In this document: positions 1 to 13,285 of the stretch, piece after piece | Layout of the letters: each line of letters starts with the position of its first letter | Position numbering within the stretch: position 1 is the first letter of the stretch | NCBI RefSeq assembly: GCF_000281045.1 | Contig: NW_008246114.1 | Location: forward strand, 200,508 to 234,109 | Direction: 5' to 3' | Source of the DNA: Saprolegnia diclina VS20 | Taxonomy: Eukaryota | Length of the DNA: 33,602 nt | The notes under the pieces: model-generated | What the model was told of the DNA's origin: nothing | Databases searched by the model: none | The model's input: the letters and a program-made list of their open reading frames with translations, nothing else | Program-made: the position numbers and the translations under genes

Positions 1-659
1 GCGCGGACCCACGCGCGGCGCAGCGTGCCGGTCGCCGGGTCTTCGAGGTAGTTTTCGCTAATGCACTAGACGACAATATGAAGGTACACTATTGTCGATC
101 GTCCGTGCGCCATTGTATACCTCGAGGTAACACGCGTCGCGCTTCATCGCAATCGACTTGGCCAAGAAATTGCTCTCCATGACGCTCCAAATCACCGTCA
201 CTTGGGTGAGCGGCAAATGCAAGTCGGTCTCGTCGTTCACAAGCGTGTACAAGGTGACCCGGTCGAGGACGTTTTGGCTCACGACGCTCGCGTACGCACG
301 CATTTTGCGCGGCGACGTGAGCGCGTAGAAGTCGGCGACCTCCTCGAACGTCGCGCGCACCGGCGTCACGCACGTCATGCCGATGAGCGACGGGTCCTTG
401 ATGTCGACGCCTTCGTGCATCTAAAGAAGGACAATGTGTCCATCAAATAGGAACGAGACGAGGTATGTACGTTGGCGGTGCGGCGCGTCGCGGGGTTCAA
501 AAGCACTTTGGTGATGGGCAGTTTGGCCATCGACAGCGCGTTCTTGACCGTGTCCTGGACGACCTCGTGCGCTTTCGTGATGAGGTTGGCGCGGTGCAGC
601 GGCGCCAACTTGGGCGCGCGAAAGTAGTTGGGCGGCAGCGGCAGTGACGACGACGGCAT
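1..659 (-). CDS. START-like/FYVE family paralog 1 (5' part only; continues past the window edge)
   Basis: ATG at 659 gives MPSSSLPLPPNYFRAPKL..., matching the family N-terminus. GT-AG introns at 421-470 and 66-120 join MHEGVDIKDPSLIG...KRDACYLE to CISENYLEDPATGTLRRAWVRA, collinear with paralogs 2-5. Confidence 0.85.
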
Positions 660-2643
660 CGAGATGTGAGTGACGGCCAGACAATGGCAGACTGTCCAGA
701 TGGTAGTGCACTGTCGCCGTTTTTTAATTTTGATTTTGAGTTTTGTGTTTGAGTTGGAGCCCAGCATTGTACTGGATGTTTGTAACAGGTTGGCGAACTC
801 AAAAAGGACATACGGCGATGTGGCATCGTCGAAATTGACAGACAATCATATTCGATGGGTGGCCTGATAGGTAGCCAGCGGCAATTGCCAGCATCTCGCC
901 GAATCGAATCAAGCCAAGCGAAGACGCATCGCAGCACAGAGTTTATGTGCAAAGGTAGCGACCTCTCAGTGTATACGCAGCATCGGTGGCGCCCGAAGGC
1001 CCGACCGCCGACAGAGGCTAGGTGTGATTTCCTCCGGCACTCAAAGCGTTGAACCTCAAACGACGTTCTTGAGGTTCAACAACGCGCGTCGACGGGCTCC
1101 TTGTGGGCTCCACGATCCGAGCTGGCAGCAATGATGCTCTACGTTTACTGTAGTGCGTGGCTGCTGCTGGTCTTGGCGATGAGACGCTCTACAGAAAGCT
1201 GACGAACGAGCTGAACGAGCTACTCGTTGCTGCAGTTGCTGCGATCAGCCATGACGGAAGCGAAGCTGAAGCCATCCAAGGTCCTGCGCTGCGACACGTG
1301 TGCGCGTCGAATCGGCGGTGGCTACCGGACCTGACCCGAGATATCACGATGCCAAGCATCGGAGGCCAAGATACCGAGCTGCAGCCGAGCGGTCGTAGTG
1401 TATGATCGGAGCTATGATCGGCGATACTCATCAGCGATTCAGGATCCCACCTTTGCATCTGCGTCCGTTGTAGGTCTCGATGCGACCACGTCGAGCACCA
1501 AGGACCTCACAATGCCTCTCTTCATCCTTCCTCGTGAGCGCTCTCGCTGATGCCAATCGACTAGCTGTGCTGCGAGAATGTTTGGTCTCCGCCTTTGACG
1601 ATCGAGATGCGTCAAAGTGCACATGTCGGCATCAGGTCCAGACAGAGTTCCACTGATGTGCTGCCCGCGCAACAACCCAGCGACGAGCCTGACTTCGATA
1701 CCAATCAGCCCCCTTCAATGCGCTGTGAAAGATCGAGATGCTCACTTGGGGCGTGGGGAGCATTTGACTCGTAATCTGCAGTATGCTCGGACGCAGGGAT
1801 GGATCGAGCTCCGTCGCGAGGTCGAGCGCCCACGACGACGGCGTCGCCGCATCAAACGACGGCGTGAGCTCGCCGGCGACGACCTGGGCCATGAAAACTG
1901 TGGGGTCATTGGTTTCTTGGTGCGTGGATGCATGGCGTCCTTGTAGGGAAGTTGATGCGACGAGCACCGGTCCTCGGCGAGCAAGACACCTAGCCCTACT
2001 ATGAACCCTATCCCTACATTCCACACAACGTACCAAACGAGTACTGTAGACATCGGCGGCCGTCGAGTAGTTGTGGCTAATAAAGATCTCGGGCGATAAC
2101 CGTTGATAGGTCCCAATGACATTTGTGAGTGTCAGCGACCATTTCGCGCGCCTCGACAACGTTAGCGAGTTTGGTACCCTAATCCCTTTCTCCATGAGAC
2201 ATGCGCAACCACACGACCTTTTTCGAGTCGAGAAGGACATGCCATGACTTGAGATCGCGGTGGATGGTGGGAATCTCAAAGGTGTAGAGGCAAACGAGGC
2301 CGTAGACTAGATACAAAATGCTGGCTAACTGTTACCTTTCTTGCGCTCCAGCCAAAGCAGTCAAAGCGACTCGAACGTCATCGACAGATACATGCTCTCG
2401 CGCGGGGATACCGCGATACCTTTGGCTGCCACCCTCTTTGGCGCTGTATTCAGAGACGTCAAGAGTAATGTACCACACCTACCAGTACGGCGACCACGCT
2501 GCCCACCCACACATTGCTCGGTTCTGGTGGCTCTGCATCGCCAGACGCTCGCAACCCGAGGTGTACGATGCGAGAAGAGTACTGTAGTAGCTATTGTAGT
2601 ACCTACGGACATTTAAAACACCAAACCCTAAACGCCGGAACAA

Positions 2644-4188
2644 CTACAACGACGTGTGGTTGCTGCCCGACGGCGACGTTTCATCGTAGACTTCAATCGC
2701 GCCATCGAGGCCGACTTGGACACACGGCAGCCCAAACGTCTGTTCGACGGTCTCGGCGTGGGCGACGAACGACGCGTCAAGGCCAAGCCGACTGGCTTCG
2801 CCGTCCACCAACGACATGGTCACCATCGTCGATGCCGCGTGCTGACGGCGCATAAACTCGGTTCCTAGTCTCTTGGTTAGTATCAACATCGAGTATCAAG
2901 CGACAACGTACGTGGCAGCATGCCAGTGTAGCACGCCGTGCAAACCATGGCCGTGACGGTCGACTGGTGCAAGTCGATGCGGACGGCGAGGTGGCAGCTC
3001 TTACAAATGGTCTAGCATCCAATAGCGTTAGTGTCTCTTGTCCAACGAGAGAGCTAAGGATACCTCTTCACACACTTGGCACATGGTCTTGGGACCAGAA
3101 AAGACGCCAAACGCACTCCGACAGCTGCCGCACTCGGCCGCTTTGCGCTGCGCAATGCGAATCGGATGCATCGGGTGATGGAGAAAGTAGAAGGCGAGGC
3201 GCTGGCGCTGCAGATGCGGCTCGAGGCGGAGCATCTACAATGGTGTCGTCGGTCGACGCACATTCCGTCACAACGCACCGGCGGCAGCATTCGCTGGAGG
3301 CACGACTGCTGGACGAACCGGGGCACGGTGCCGTAGGCTTCCCCAATGTACACGACAAAGTAGTTGAGTACCCCGGGGCGGTCCGTCTCCATAAAGACAT
3401 GTCCCGACTAGCCGATTCCTCAACCATTAGGAAGCGAAGAATCAACTTGATACAAAAAAGAAACGTACCCGAACGAGCCGGCCACGGACCATCTTGTGGC
3501 TCTGCTCGAGCGACGGGCAGCAGTCGAGCTCGAGCGAGTGCAGCGCGCGCACCCAGCACCGGCGCACGGCCTTGGTGTCCGGGCACTGCATCTCATACTC
3601 ACGAATGGCCTATTCTCGATACATTGATACAACCGTTCATCGTATCAAGGAGGAAGACCTCGAGGACACACGAGTCGCGGCGCTTGAGAAAAGGCGACGG
3701 GCAGTCCATGGCGATCCACGAAATGCCGGCGTACTTGAGCGGCCGCTTGGTCGACCGGCGCAGCGTGTAGAGCGAGCACCGGTCGGCGGTCGAGTGCGCA
3801 AACACCTTGCCAAAGGTCGCAACGCTCTCGGTGCTGCTGAGGTTATAAAAGTCGGCGACTTCGTCCCAGGACGCGTGGACCTGCGTGACGCCAACGACGC
3901 CGTCGAGCGTCGCGTCGAGCACGTCACTGCCGTGGTAGATCTACATGTGGATAGAATATACGCTTGGGTCTCGCATCTCGGTGACGAGTCGGACGTGGGT
4001 CGTACCTGGAGACGGCGCTTGGTCTGGGCATGGACGAGCACCTTGGTCGGTGGGCCCTTGGCTGCCATCGAGACTGCATTGCGCGCGGTGAGGAAGCAAA
4101 TGTGGTGCGCTTGGTGCACAAACGCTTGGCGCTCGGACGCTGAGAGCGGCGGGCAGCGAAAGAAGTCGGGCGGCAGCGGCAAGGACAT
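2644..4188 (-). CDS. START-like domain + degenerate FYVE zinc finger protein, paralog 2 (7 exons)
   Basis: Starts MSLPLPPDFFRCPPL (alternative ATG at 4197). Introns include 3941-4005 and 3610-3658. Spliced motifs: RRDSCVLE, WVRALHSLELDCCPSL, SGHVFME. Zinc-ligand pairs CGSC/CQVC/CKSC/CTAC. Stop at 2644. Confidence 0.85.
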
Positions 4189-5217
4189 CCCTCCCATCGC
4201 TCCGCAAGTGAACTGCGCCTTGCACGAGCTCTTCAACCCACCGGCATCGTCTGGTTCGGCAATTGCCGTAGCCAAGTACAGTTGGTCGAAAACAGCCCTG
4301 TAGACCACGTGGAATGTAGCCCACAAGCGGATCTACCTGCGTATACGAAATGCACAATGCTGTTTAAAGTCTTATCGCTGGGTCGGCGGCGACGGCAGGC
4401 GTAAGGGCGCCCTGGAAGCCTCGAACGAGAGTGCTGGACCATAAAAAGGCGGCCACAGGTACTACCTACGGCAATTTCGAGATCGTCACCAGCTGCTCCA
4501 ACGGCAACCTCGGGATATCATTGGCGGTCGCTGTGACTCACGGCCATGGACAATCATCCAGGTGGCCACTTCGTGTCCAAGGAGCTTGAGTAAATTTTGG
4601 TCTTCGAGCCGCCAGCGTCGTCACGCTACTCGTGCCTCATCCGGTCGCCTGGCAAGCGCGCGTGGAATAGCTACAGACAACGTGCAAGGAGCCACGTTCG
4701 CGGACCGTGTTACGACCATCCTGTCTTTGCTTCACGAAGTCGCGACACAGAGGGGCTGGCGCCACAGACAAGACCTTGGCATCTGCTGCGTGCGTTGACG
4801 AGACGAGTGGGGTTGCGTCACACGACCACTTTGTCGCTGACGTGCAGGATGATGTTGGGCTTCTGCACGAACCATGCATTGTCGGCTGCTAACTTTGTCC
4901 CTTCGGAGCGCCAGCATCCTCATCAGCAACCTTTGCAAGCATCGCACGCACCCTTGATTGTATCACGAGGTGCAAAGGCCAACGCCATATATTCTCCGAG
5001 GCAGTACTGAGCAGCGCGCCTTTCTACGGACTTGTATATTGGAATCCATCCGGCTCTAGCCGCAGTATTGTGCAATATACCATTCGACTAAGGTACTAAA
5101 CGTATATTTGGCTCTACACATTTGTTGATGGACGTTATCGTCTATAGTCGATATCCAACTGCATCTCGCATCGGTACACCATAGTAGTTTCCATACAAAA
5201 TATGCCACATGAGCACA

Positions 5218-6889
5218 CTAGTAATAGCCATACTGCCCGCGTGTGCTATCGCCGGCGCCGGTGGCGGACGGTGCGACAACCGACGGTGCGTACGAGCTAA
5301 AGGACGACCGCGAGTCGAGGACGGAGAGGGCCGTTGTTGTGCGCGTAAACCCCCACTCGTCGTCGTCGTCTATCATGGTGGGTTGTGTCATCGAACTTCG
5401 GCGCCTCTCGTTTTGAGGGTATAGTTGAATCGCACGCGGCTTGTCATCGTCGTCATCGAGTGCGATGGGACCACCCACGGTGTAGACGCTGCTGGCCTCG
5501 TCCGAGAGTGTGTCTACAAATGACTGCATAAGCCAAGGCGGTCATCAACGAAAACGTAGATCAACCGCTGTGGACTGTCGTTGTTGTGCGGCGGCGCGAT
5601 GTCGGGCAGTAGCAGGTGGTGCAGACTCGAATTTTCTTTGGAAACGCCATGGTCTCGGCCTGGAGAACATGGGCACAGCGCTTGCACGCCATCTGGTAGT
5701 ATGCACATTGTCCATATTGAATCGACAATTCTACGATCCAAAATACCTTGTGGCAGAAAAAACACTGGAGTTTTTGCGAGAGCAGATGGAAACTTTTGAA
5801 ACAGAGTTCGCAAAATGGGGCTTTGGCGCGAAACGGCGCCGGCGCCACAAATGCGCGTTGCTGCATCGCGAGACGCGTTGTGATTCGGTCTTGGCAAAAA
5901 TGGTCTTCGACGCGCAGCATCTATCGATCTTTTTCAGTGCACAATATTGTCTGTAAACGTCTACCTGGCCGACAAAATGCTCCATGGCCTTGAGCTTGAT
6001 CGAGCGCGGGATCGAACCACTCGCATCGCCGCCATACGTTGAATAAAAGTCAAAGAGCCCGTCGTGGTCCAGCGACTCGAGCAAGATATGGCCCGACTAT
6101 ACATTTATTAGACAACTTGGCCAGAGCATGTGAGCGGTCGTACCCGGTAGAGCTGGCCGCGAGCAAGGCCGTGCGACGCTTCAAGCGACGGACAACACGC
6201 CAGTTCAATCGAGTTGATGACGCGGAGAAAGCCACGGCGAACGCGGTCGCCGTCAACCACAGTCACGTCCCGAATGCACTACGTATCAATGTATCAATCC
6301 AAACACCCAAAATATGAAAAATAGAAAATAAAGGAAAAACTAACAGACAATTGTGTACCTCGATGTAGCACGTGTCGCGCTTGGCGATGGCCCCCGGCAA
6401 TAGCTTGAGGATTGGCGTCTCGATCGCGGCCCAGACAACACTCGTGACCCGAAACGGCGACGTCGACCGCTCCAGCGTATACAACGTCACGCGGTCCAGG
6501 AGTGTTTGACTCGCGACCTTGCTGTACGTCCGTACTTGCTTGGCCGTTTGGAGGTGGTAAAAGTTATGGAGCTCGTCGTAATTCGTAGCGATTTGCGTCA
6601 CGCCCGTGATCCCGTCGAGCTCGGGCTGGCGCAAGTCGGGGCCGTGGTGCAGCTACATGCGGCAATGCTGTTAAGGTCCGTCAATAGCAACAAGTACAAG
6701 TACCTGGACGTGGCGCTTCGTGCGTGGGTGGGCGACCACCTTCTTGGGCGGCAGCTTGGCCATTGCAAGCGCGTTTGCAATCGTGTCGGCGCACGCCTCG
6801 TCCGCGATCGACCGGAGGTGCTGCACGTCGGCGTTCCGCAGCGGTGGGCACCGGAAGAAGCCCGGCGGCAGCGGCAGACCCTTGCTCAT
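5218..6889 (-). CDS. START-like domain + degenerate FYVE zinc finger protein, paralog 3
   Basis: Starts MSKGLPLPPGFFRCPPL. Motifs KRDTCYIE, FLRVINSIELACCPSL, SGHILLES. Cys pairs CELC/CFFC/CKRC/CTTC, then a Ser/Asp-rich tail ending GQYGYY* at 5218. The donor of the last intron is less certain. Confidence 0.85.
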
Positions 6890-7708
6890 TGCGGATTGTG
6901 AACTGACGCCGTCTTCGTTGCAGCAATGTCACATGTCGCAGACGACGTAGGACCGTGGCATCGACGCGTTTGGGTGTGATCGTGCAGTCTTGTGTGGGGT
7001 TGTAGCCGGCACCGCTTGCTCGATTCACTTGACTGAGCAGAGACTGGCGACATTGACAGCTTGCTGTAGCTTTGTTGGAGAGGCGTTCGGTACTACTTGC
7101 TCTGTCCTTGCGACTGCAGACATGGGGCCGTACGACGCGCTCGAGCTGGTGCCAGCCGTGACGTGACTGGTGCCAAGTAGGGACGCGAGAGCAAGCCCTG
7201 TTGGTAGTACAATTAAGATACATGATAATCGTGTCGTTGTACCGTTCGCGTCGGGACGTCTGCGGTATTCGGGCGTCGGTGCTAGCGCGCGTGATTCGTT
7301 GTCCTTTGGCGGCCAGAACGGTAAACATCTGAGTCCTATCCGGATACTTGACGTCCCCATGACAGCGACGTCCCCACGACAGAGTGCAATCTCGCTGCAC
7401 CACAGCTCTGCGTCACCGCCGTTCCGTCGCTTGAGGCTTGAGAAAGAACATCTACCACCGCACCAATTCAGCGTATTCATATACTGGTATAAGTTTAGTT
7501 AGGTGAGTCTAGAAGATACGAGATTATTCTTTCGGTACACGACCATATTCTCGACAATTTCTACTGTGTAGCTCGCATTTTTGGCTCATCGCCGTGTAAA
7601 ACACACGGGAGATACATACGTTGTAAAGATGCGTAGGGTTGGTCAAATATTGACATTCTCCACCAACAAAAACAATTTAGCGGATAAAATAAATCACTAA
7701 GTTTGCGA

Positions 7709-9327
7709 TTAACGACCACCAAAGCCCATATAATGACGTCGGGTAAGCTGGATCAAATGGTCCGAAGTTGTGTCGAGGGCATTGGTCACGTCGCGCTCGA
7801 CTTGGGACGACGTGATGGACTCGGAAGTCGCGCTGGACTCGAGCGGCGGCCGTGCGACGGTGGTCCACTTGTCCTCCGAGTCGGCGATCGACGATGCTGA
7901 AAATCGGGCGCTTTGGATCGAGCTCCACGTTGAGAGCACATCTGAGCCCCCTCGGGAGCTGTTTGTGCAGGACGGTGCGAGTTGCTTCCCGCGGCGGCTC
8001 CCTAGGAACACGCAGTGTCAAATTTTGTCTTGGAAAAACAGTATAATACCAAACTTGCGTCGTCCGCTGTTGCCACAAAAGCACTGGGTACAGAGGTCCA
8101 TGTTGTGGCGGTTGAGAATCGGCAGCCGATATGTTGTGATGCATGCGCTGCAGACAACCTATAGCACGACATTAGTACCCTTCGAACCAGCGCACATTGT
8201 CGACGCACCTGGCGGCAGAGGTAGCAGTGCGTCTTGGAGGCAAAGAGCTTGAACTTGGTGTCACAGGCTTCGCAGTATGTGATGGGCCGCGCGTCCTTGA
8301 ACCGCGGCAATGGCTGGGCTGCAGCGATCCGCGATGGCAGCCGCTGGATCGCGAGGTGATGGTCCAGGTTGAGCATCTGGACACTGTTTCATACAGTGTT
8401 TAAAAACAGAAGTGGAGGTACCTGGCCGACGATGCGCTGGAATATCTTGAGGTTCACAAACCGAGGCACGTTGCCCGGGTCGGCAACGATGTACGTGTAA
8501 AAGTAGTCGTACACGCCGATTTCGTCTGTCTCTAAAAAGACGTGCCCCGACTACACGCCACGATTTCAATACAGAATATGCATCCACTGTACAAAACAGG
8601 AAAGGGACGCACCCGCACCAAAGCACCTCGCACGACGTTGTGGGAGGCCCGGAGCGACGGACAGCAGTCGAGCGCGACCGAGTGCAGTGCGCGCACAATG
8701 CCTTTTCGCGGCGCACCACTGATGGGGTCGTCCACTTCGATCGAGCTCAGCACCTACATACAGTGTCTCGACACGGATTTCAACATGAACCAGCGTTTAC
8801 CTCGAGAAAGCACGTGTCCCGCTTGAGCGTCAGCGACTTGGAGATGAACGGACATGCGATCGCACTCCATTGAACACCCGCGTAGTAGAACGGACTCGCA
8901 ATGTCGCGTGTTTGGTCGGCCAGTGTATACAGCGTCTTCCGGTCCAAAACGATTTGGCCCACGACGCTGGCGTAGGTTTGAACCTTCTCTTCTGTCGACA
9001 AGTGGAAAAATGATAAAATTTCGTCTTGCGTGGCCTGGATCTGGGACGAGCCCGTGACGCCGTACAGTGACGCGTCGACAATGTCGTTGCCATGGTGGAG
9101 CTAGTCGCCACGGTAAGAAATACGACGAAACTCGCACTCGGATGTACCAGCGCACGACGCATGGTCGCTGGGTGCTCGACGATCTTGGCTGGTGGTGTCT
9201 TGGCCATTGTGAGAGCATTTCGCGCCGTGTCGGTGCAAATACGGTGGGCTTGGCCCACGAGGTAGTCGCGCTCGATCGTCGAGAGCGGTGGGCACGCAAA
9301 GTAACCCGGTGGGAGTGGGAAGGCCAT
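7709..9327 (-). CDS. START-like domain + degenerate FYVE zinc finger protein, paralog 4
   Basis: Starts MAFPLPPGYFACPPL. Motifs KRDTCFLE and IVRALHSVALDCCPSL. Cys pairs CEAC/CYLC/CSAC/CTQC. The last exon splices into the 7709-8011 frame. Confidence 0.85.
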
Positions 9328-9331
9328 GGTG

Positions 9332-9346
9332 GAATCCAAAATGATC
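9332..9346 (-). promoter_or_regulatory. Putative oomycete INR/FPR-like core promoter element of paralog 4
   Basis: Sense strand reads GATCATTTTGGATTC immediately upstream of CACCATG, resembling the oomycete TCAYTY-N-WTTY initiator/flanking element. Confidence 0.45.
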
Positions 9347-10439
9347 GTCGACGTCGCCACGCATCCAGCACAAACATGTCGTGCTGGCCACATTGCACAT
9401 TGCGCACCTGAGACGCGCGCGCTTGAACGACGATGCAACTGTGCGCTTCTACGCGCGCACCGCAAGTTGATCCCGCCACTAGCTACCGCCATGGCAAACC
9501 GAGATTAAACGCGGGCTGCCACTGTTGTCGGTAGTACTTGAGATTCTGGAGGAGCCACTCTTTGTCAACGCCAAGTCCGACGAGTCGCATTCGCAACCGC
9601 CTTGAGCCACTTTCCAGTGGTGGAATATCATTGGAGGAGAAGTGCGCTCGGGGAACGCCATCGCATGACCGACGCCTATAAACACTGCAGGTGCCAGAAC
9701 TAGCGACGTCACAGTACCTGATGCAGATAAATGTCGTCCAACCTCGTAGCACTGGCCACCACGGTGTCAAAGGCGCTGCAGTATCTCAGTAAATCGTCCC
9801 TGAGTCCAGCCAGATCCATCAAGCGATTTGTCGTCGTCGCCACCCAAACGCACGGGCGTGCGATAATGTAGGATAACTCACAGTGCACCCGAGCCTTGAT
9901 TGGCAGCACACAGCTTCCTCGTGCTAAAGGTACCCGTACGAGGTGGATACGGCCAATATCACCACCACCACACGCTCGACGACAGAGCCCCAGCGCCCCT
10001 GCCGCACCCAAATGACGATATTTGGATCATACATAAAGCTTTCAAAGAAAGCTAGCCCTTCGTTTCCGACCACAGATACCTCCCGCATGGTCGCTGTCGA
10101 GCCGTGCAACACGAACGTTGCAGTGGACGTTTATGTCTTCCTTCATATGTCTCACCTACACGTAGTAGAACTAGTAGGTATGAGGCAAGTCGCAAAAGAC
10201 ATAGCCCCATTATTGTATGCGCAGTGTGGAGCCGACGTGTACCGCATCCGTTCGATGCTTGCGTGTTCACTTCGCACATATCATCTCAAGCCACTAGACG
10301 CGTTGTCGTTCTTGATGAAAGGTAATGTCGAATGCGTTTATAGAATTGGTTGAACAAGAGATCCCACCACTAAGTATATGCTTTCTATTCCCTACGAGTG
10401 AGTGAACACAATTTTTCCATCTAGAGTTCTATTATATTG

Positions 10440-12029
10440 TCATTGGTGGTAGAGGTGGACGGTGCTAGCGGTGCTACTCGCAATAAAACTGTCGCCGAGA
10501 TCCAAGAGAATGCGAGGCGATGCTGCGCTGTACGACGCAGTGACAAACGAAGCTTCCGACGACGACCCGTCGCGCTCGAGTACCGGGCGGCTATTGGTCC
10601 AGCGCGCATCCTCGTCAACGCTGTCGTGGCGCGGGACCATTGCAAACATGGTGGGCGGGGCACGTCCCCCTAGTGCATTGATCAGTTTTCGAAGGACCAC
10701 TGGTGCACAAGGTACCTCGCATCGAGCGCTGGGGCGTGTTGCCGCAAAAGCAGTAGGTACATAGCCGAACGACCGGCGCGGTCTCGTCGTCGAGCACGGG
10801 GACCTTGTACGCTTGAATGCAGCGCCGACAAACTATCTAGCATCCACGGACTGAGCACGAGTGCCCGCTACAAGGCGGTGGACGGACCTGGCGGCAGTGA
10901 TAGCAATGGTGCTTGCTTCGGAGAAACTGGAATTTGGTGTCGCACGACTCGCAGTATGTGATGCGGGCGCCGGACCGGTACGACGGCCGGGAAGCGCCCC
11001 CTAGTAATAAGGCCGGGAGCCGTTTCAGCGCCAAATGGGGCTCGAGGTTGAGCATCTATGATTTTCCATGAGTTCGATACTGGGGTGTAGAGAGGTGTGT
11101 GTACCTGGCCCACCATGCGCTCACACACTTTGAGGTTGAAGAATTTCGGAGTCAACCCCGGGTCGCCAATGACGTAAGCAAAGTAGTGGTCAAAGAGTCC
11201 AGGGACGCTGGTCTCGAGAAAGACGTGCCCCGACTAGACACAAACTATGAGACAATCGTGATGTGTGTAACCGTCAGATCTGACGGTTTCCAAAATGTAA
11301 CCGTACCCGGACAAAGCTGGACCGCACAATGCTATGCGACTGGCGCAGCGACGGGCAGCAGTCCAGTGCGATCGAGTGGATTGCGCGCACAAAGCCGCGG
11401 CGACGTCGGCCGGTGGCCTTGTCGTCAAAGGTAATCGTGTCGAGCACCTGTCGGAAAACCGTTTTTGTCTATACAAACATTGAAAATGGTACTAAATACC
11501 TCGAGAAAGCACGAATCGCGCTTGAGCGTGATCGCCGACGAGATGAACGGACACGCAATCACACTCCATTGGACGCCGGCATGCATGGGCGAGGTCGTCG
11601 CTCCGGGCGCCGACAAGTTGTACAACGTCTGCCGGTCCACAACGGCTTGGCCAAGGACTTTGCCGTACGTGCGGACTTTGTCGTCCGAGTTTAAATGAAA
11701 AAAATCATACAACTCGTCGTACGACGCCTTGATCTGCGACGACCCCGTGATGCCATAGTGCTCGGGCGCGTAAATGTCAGTGCCCGCGTGCAACTATTGC
11801 AAGAGACACCTTCGTTTCACAACTCTAGATACTCGAGTATCGACGATACCTGCGCACGCCGCTTCGTAAAAGCGTTGACGAGGACTTTGGTCGGCGGCGC
11901 CCGCGCCATGGTGACCGCGTTGAGCACCGTGTCGTGGCAGAGGCGCTCGGCCTGCGCCAAGAGGGTTCCATGATCGCCCGGCGAGAGCGGCGGGCACGTG
12001 AAAAAGTCCCTCGGCAGCGGCAGCGACAT
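10440..12029 (-). CDS. START-like domain + degenerate FYVE zinc finger protein, paralog 5
   Basis: Starts MSLPLPRDFFTCPPL. Motifs KRDSCFLE and FVRAIHSIALDCCPSL. FYVE-like CESCDTKFQFLRSKHHCYHC...VCRRC...LCTYC. Stop at 10440. Confidence 0.87.
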
Positions 12030-12032
12030 GGT

Positions 12033-12048
12033 AAATTCGCAAGTGATC
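12033..12048 (-). promoter_or_regulatory. Putative oomycete INR/FPR core promoter element of paralog 5
   Basis: Sense strand reads GATCACTTGCGAATTT directly before ACCATG, a good fit to TCAYTYNNNNWTTY. Confidence 0.55.
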
Positions 12049-13285
12049 GTCCATGACGACAAATGGCGTTGTCCACGATGGCAGACAAAAATCGTGTGTG
12101 ATAGCAGCAGTCACGCTTGCGAACTTCAGGTGCGCGAAGTTCAAAATATGATGTTACTTGAACCAAATATAAAATTAGAAAAAAGGTACCAAGTGCGTGC
12201 ACTTGAGGTGCACATAACTTACGTGCGTGGGATTGGCCACACGTGGCATGATCGTGGCTGCCACGGCAGAGTACACGGTTGTACGGTTGTTGTTGGCACC
12301 TGGATTCGGCGATGACATCAAATTTTCGCCTATATCATGTTTAAGTACTCTGTCTCGTGGGTGCCAGACATTGGACTGCCACAGTGGGCAGGCACCGCTC
12401 GCAAGTGCGTTGAGCAGTCCAGTGCAGCGATGGGGAGACGCAGATAGATGTTCTCTGCGCATCTCGTCATGGGGCGACGACGACGACATCAAAAATGGCG
12501 TTTGAGTGCATTGCCACAACCAAATGTAGTGAATTTCATGTTGTGCTAGTTCTATGATGACTTGTGCTCAAGGCCCCTCAAAGCGACGAGGCAAATTTCG
12601 ACACGCGTCTCGCATCGTCGCACGCACACACGACGTCACGCGCGCGATGACTAACTAAAATTCGCCCACTGACCACACCGTAACGTTGATATGTGCGACA
12701 AAAACACTAGACATCGTCGACTCGACAAATAGCTACATTGACTCGGACTCGCGGAGGCGCGTACTGAACGCCGACAGCCGCGCTTCGTCCGACGCCGGCA
12801 CGCATGCATCGCTGGCGCCATTGTTCGAAAGGGCAGTCGCGTGCGCTACATTAGCTACTACATGTGGCCACATTCTCTGGCCTTGCTTCGAATTCACAGT
12901 CCCAAATGAGCTTTCCTCCGACCACTGCGCTCTCGCCAACTTGGGTGTTGACAAAATATGCATAGCAAGTACTACGTAGCGCATCCCCGTCAGTCCAGTC
13001 AATAGGGTCTGTCCACAGAGACCAACTGGCAACATATCTACCGCAATCCGTTAAGATGACAGTGTCCAACCACCCGGCGCGATGCACGTTCGGCGCTCCT
13101 TCATGCGAGTAAGCGAATCTCGACGAAGAAGCGGCGGTGGCACCCCACCCAACGCTCATCAACAAGACGAGTAGAGGTCCAGGCACAGCTGGTCACTGCA
13201 AACCACCGCTTTTCTTCAGCGCATCGAGAATTGTTGCTAGCTCGAAAGCGACGAGGGAGCTATCGACTCGATTCCCAAGAAGGTT

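Noticed and set aside
2967..4303. Plus-strand ORFs of 267 and 269 aa
   Set aside because: Antisense shadows of START-FYVE paralog 2.
9480..10420. Possible gene between paralogs 4 and 5
   Set aside because: Only short ORFs with frequent stops; no consistent splice model or motif.
12100..13280. Short ORFs (e.g. 12851-13186 -) between the array and the WD40 gene
   Set aside because: No recognisable homology or exon chain; cannot be supported.
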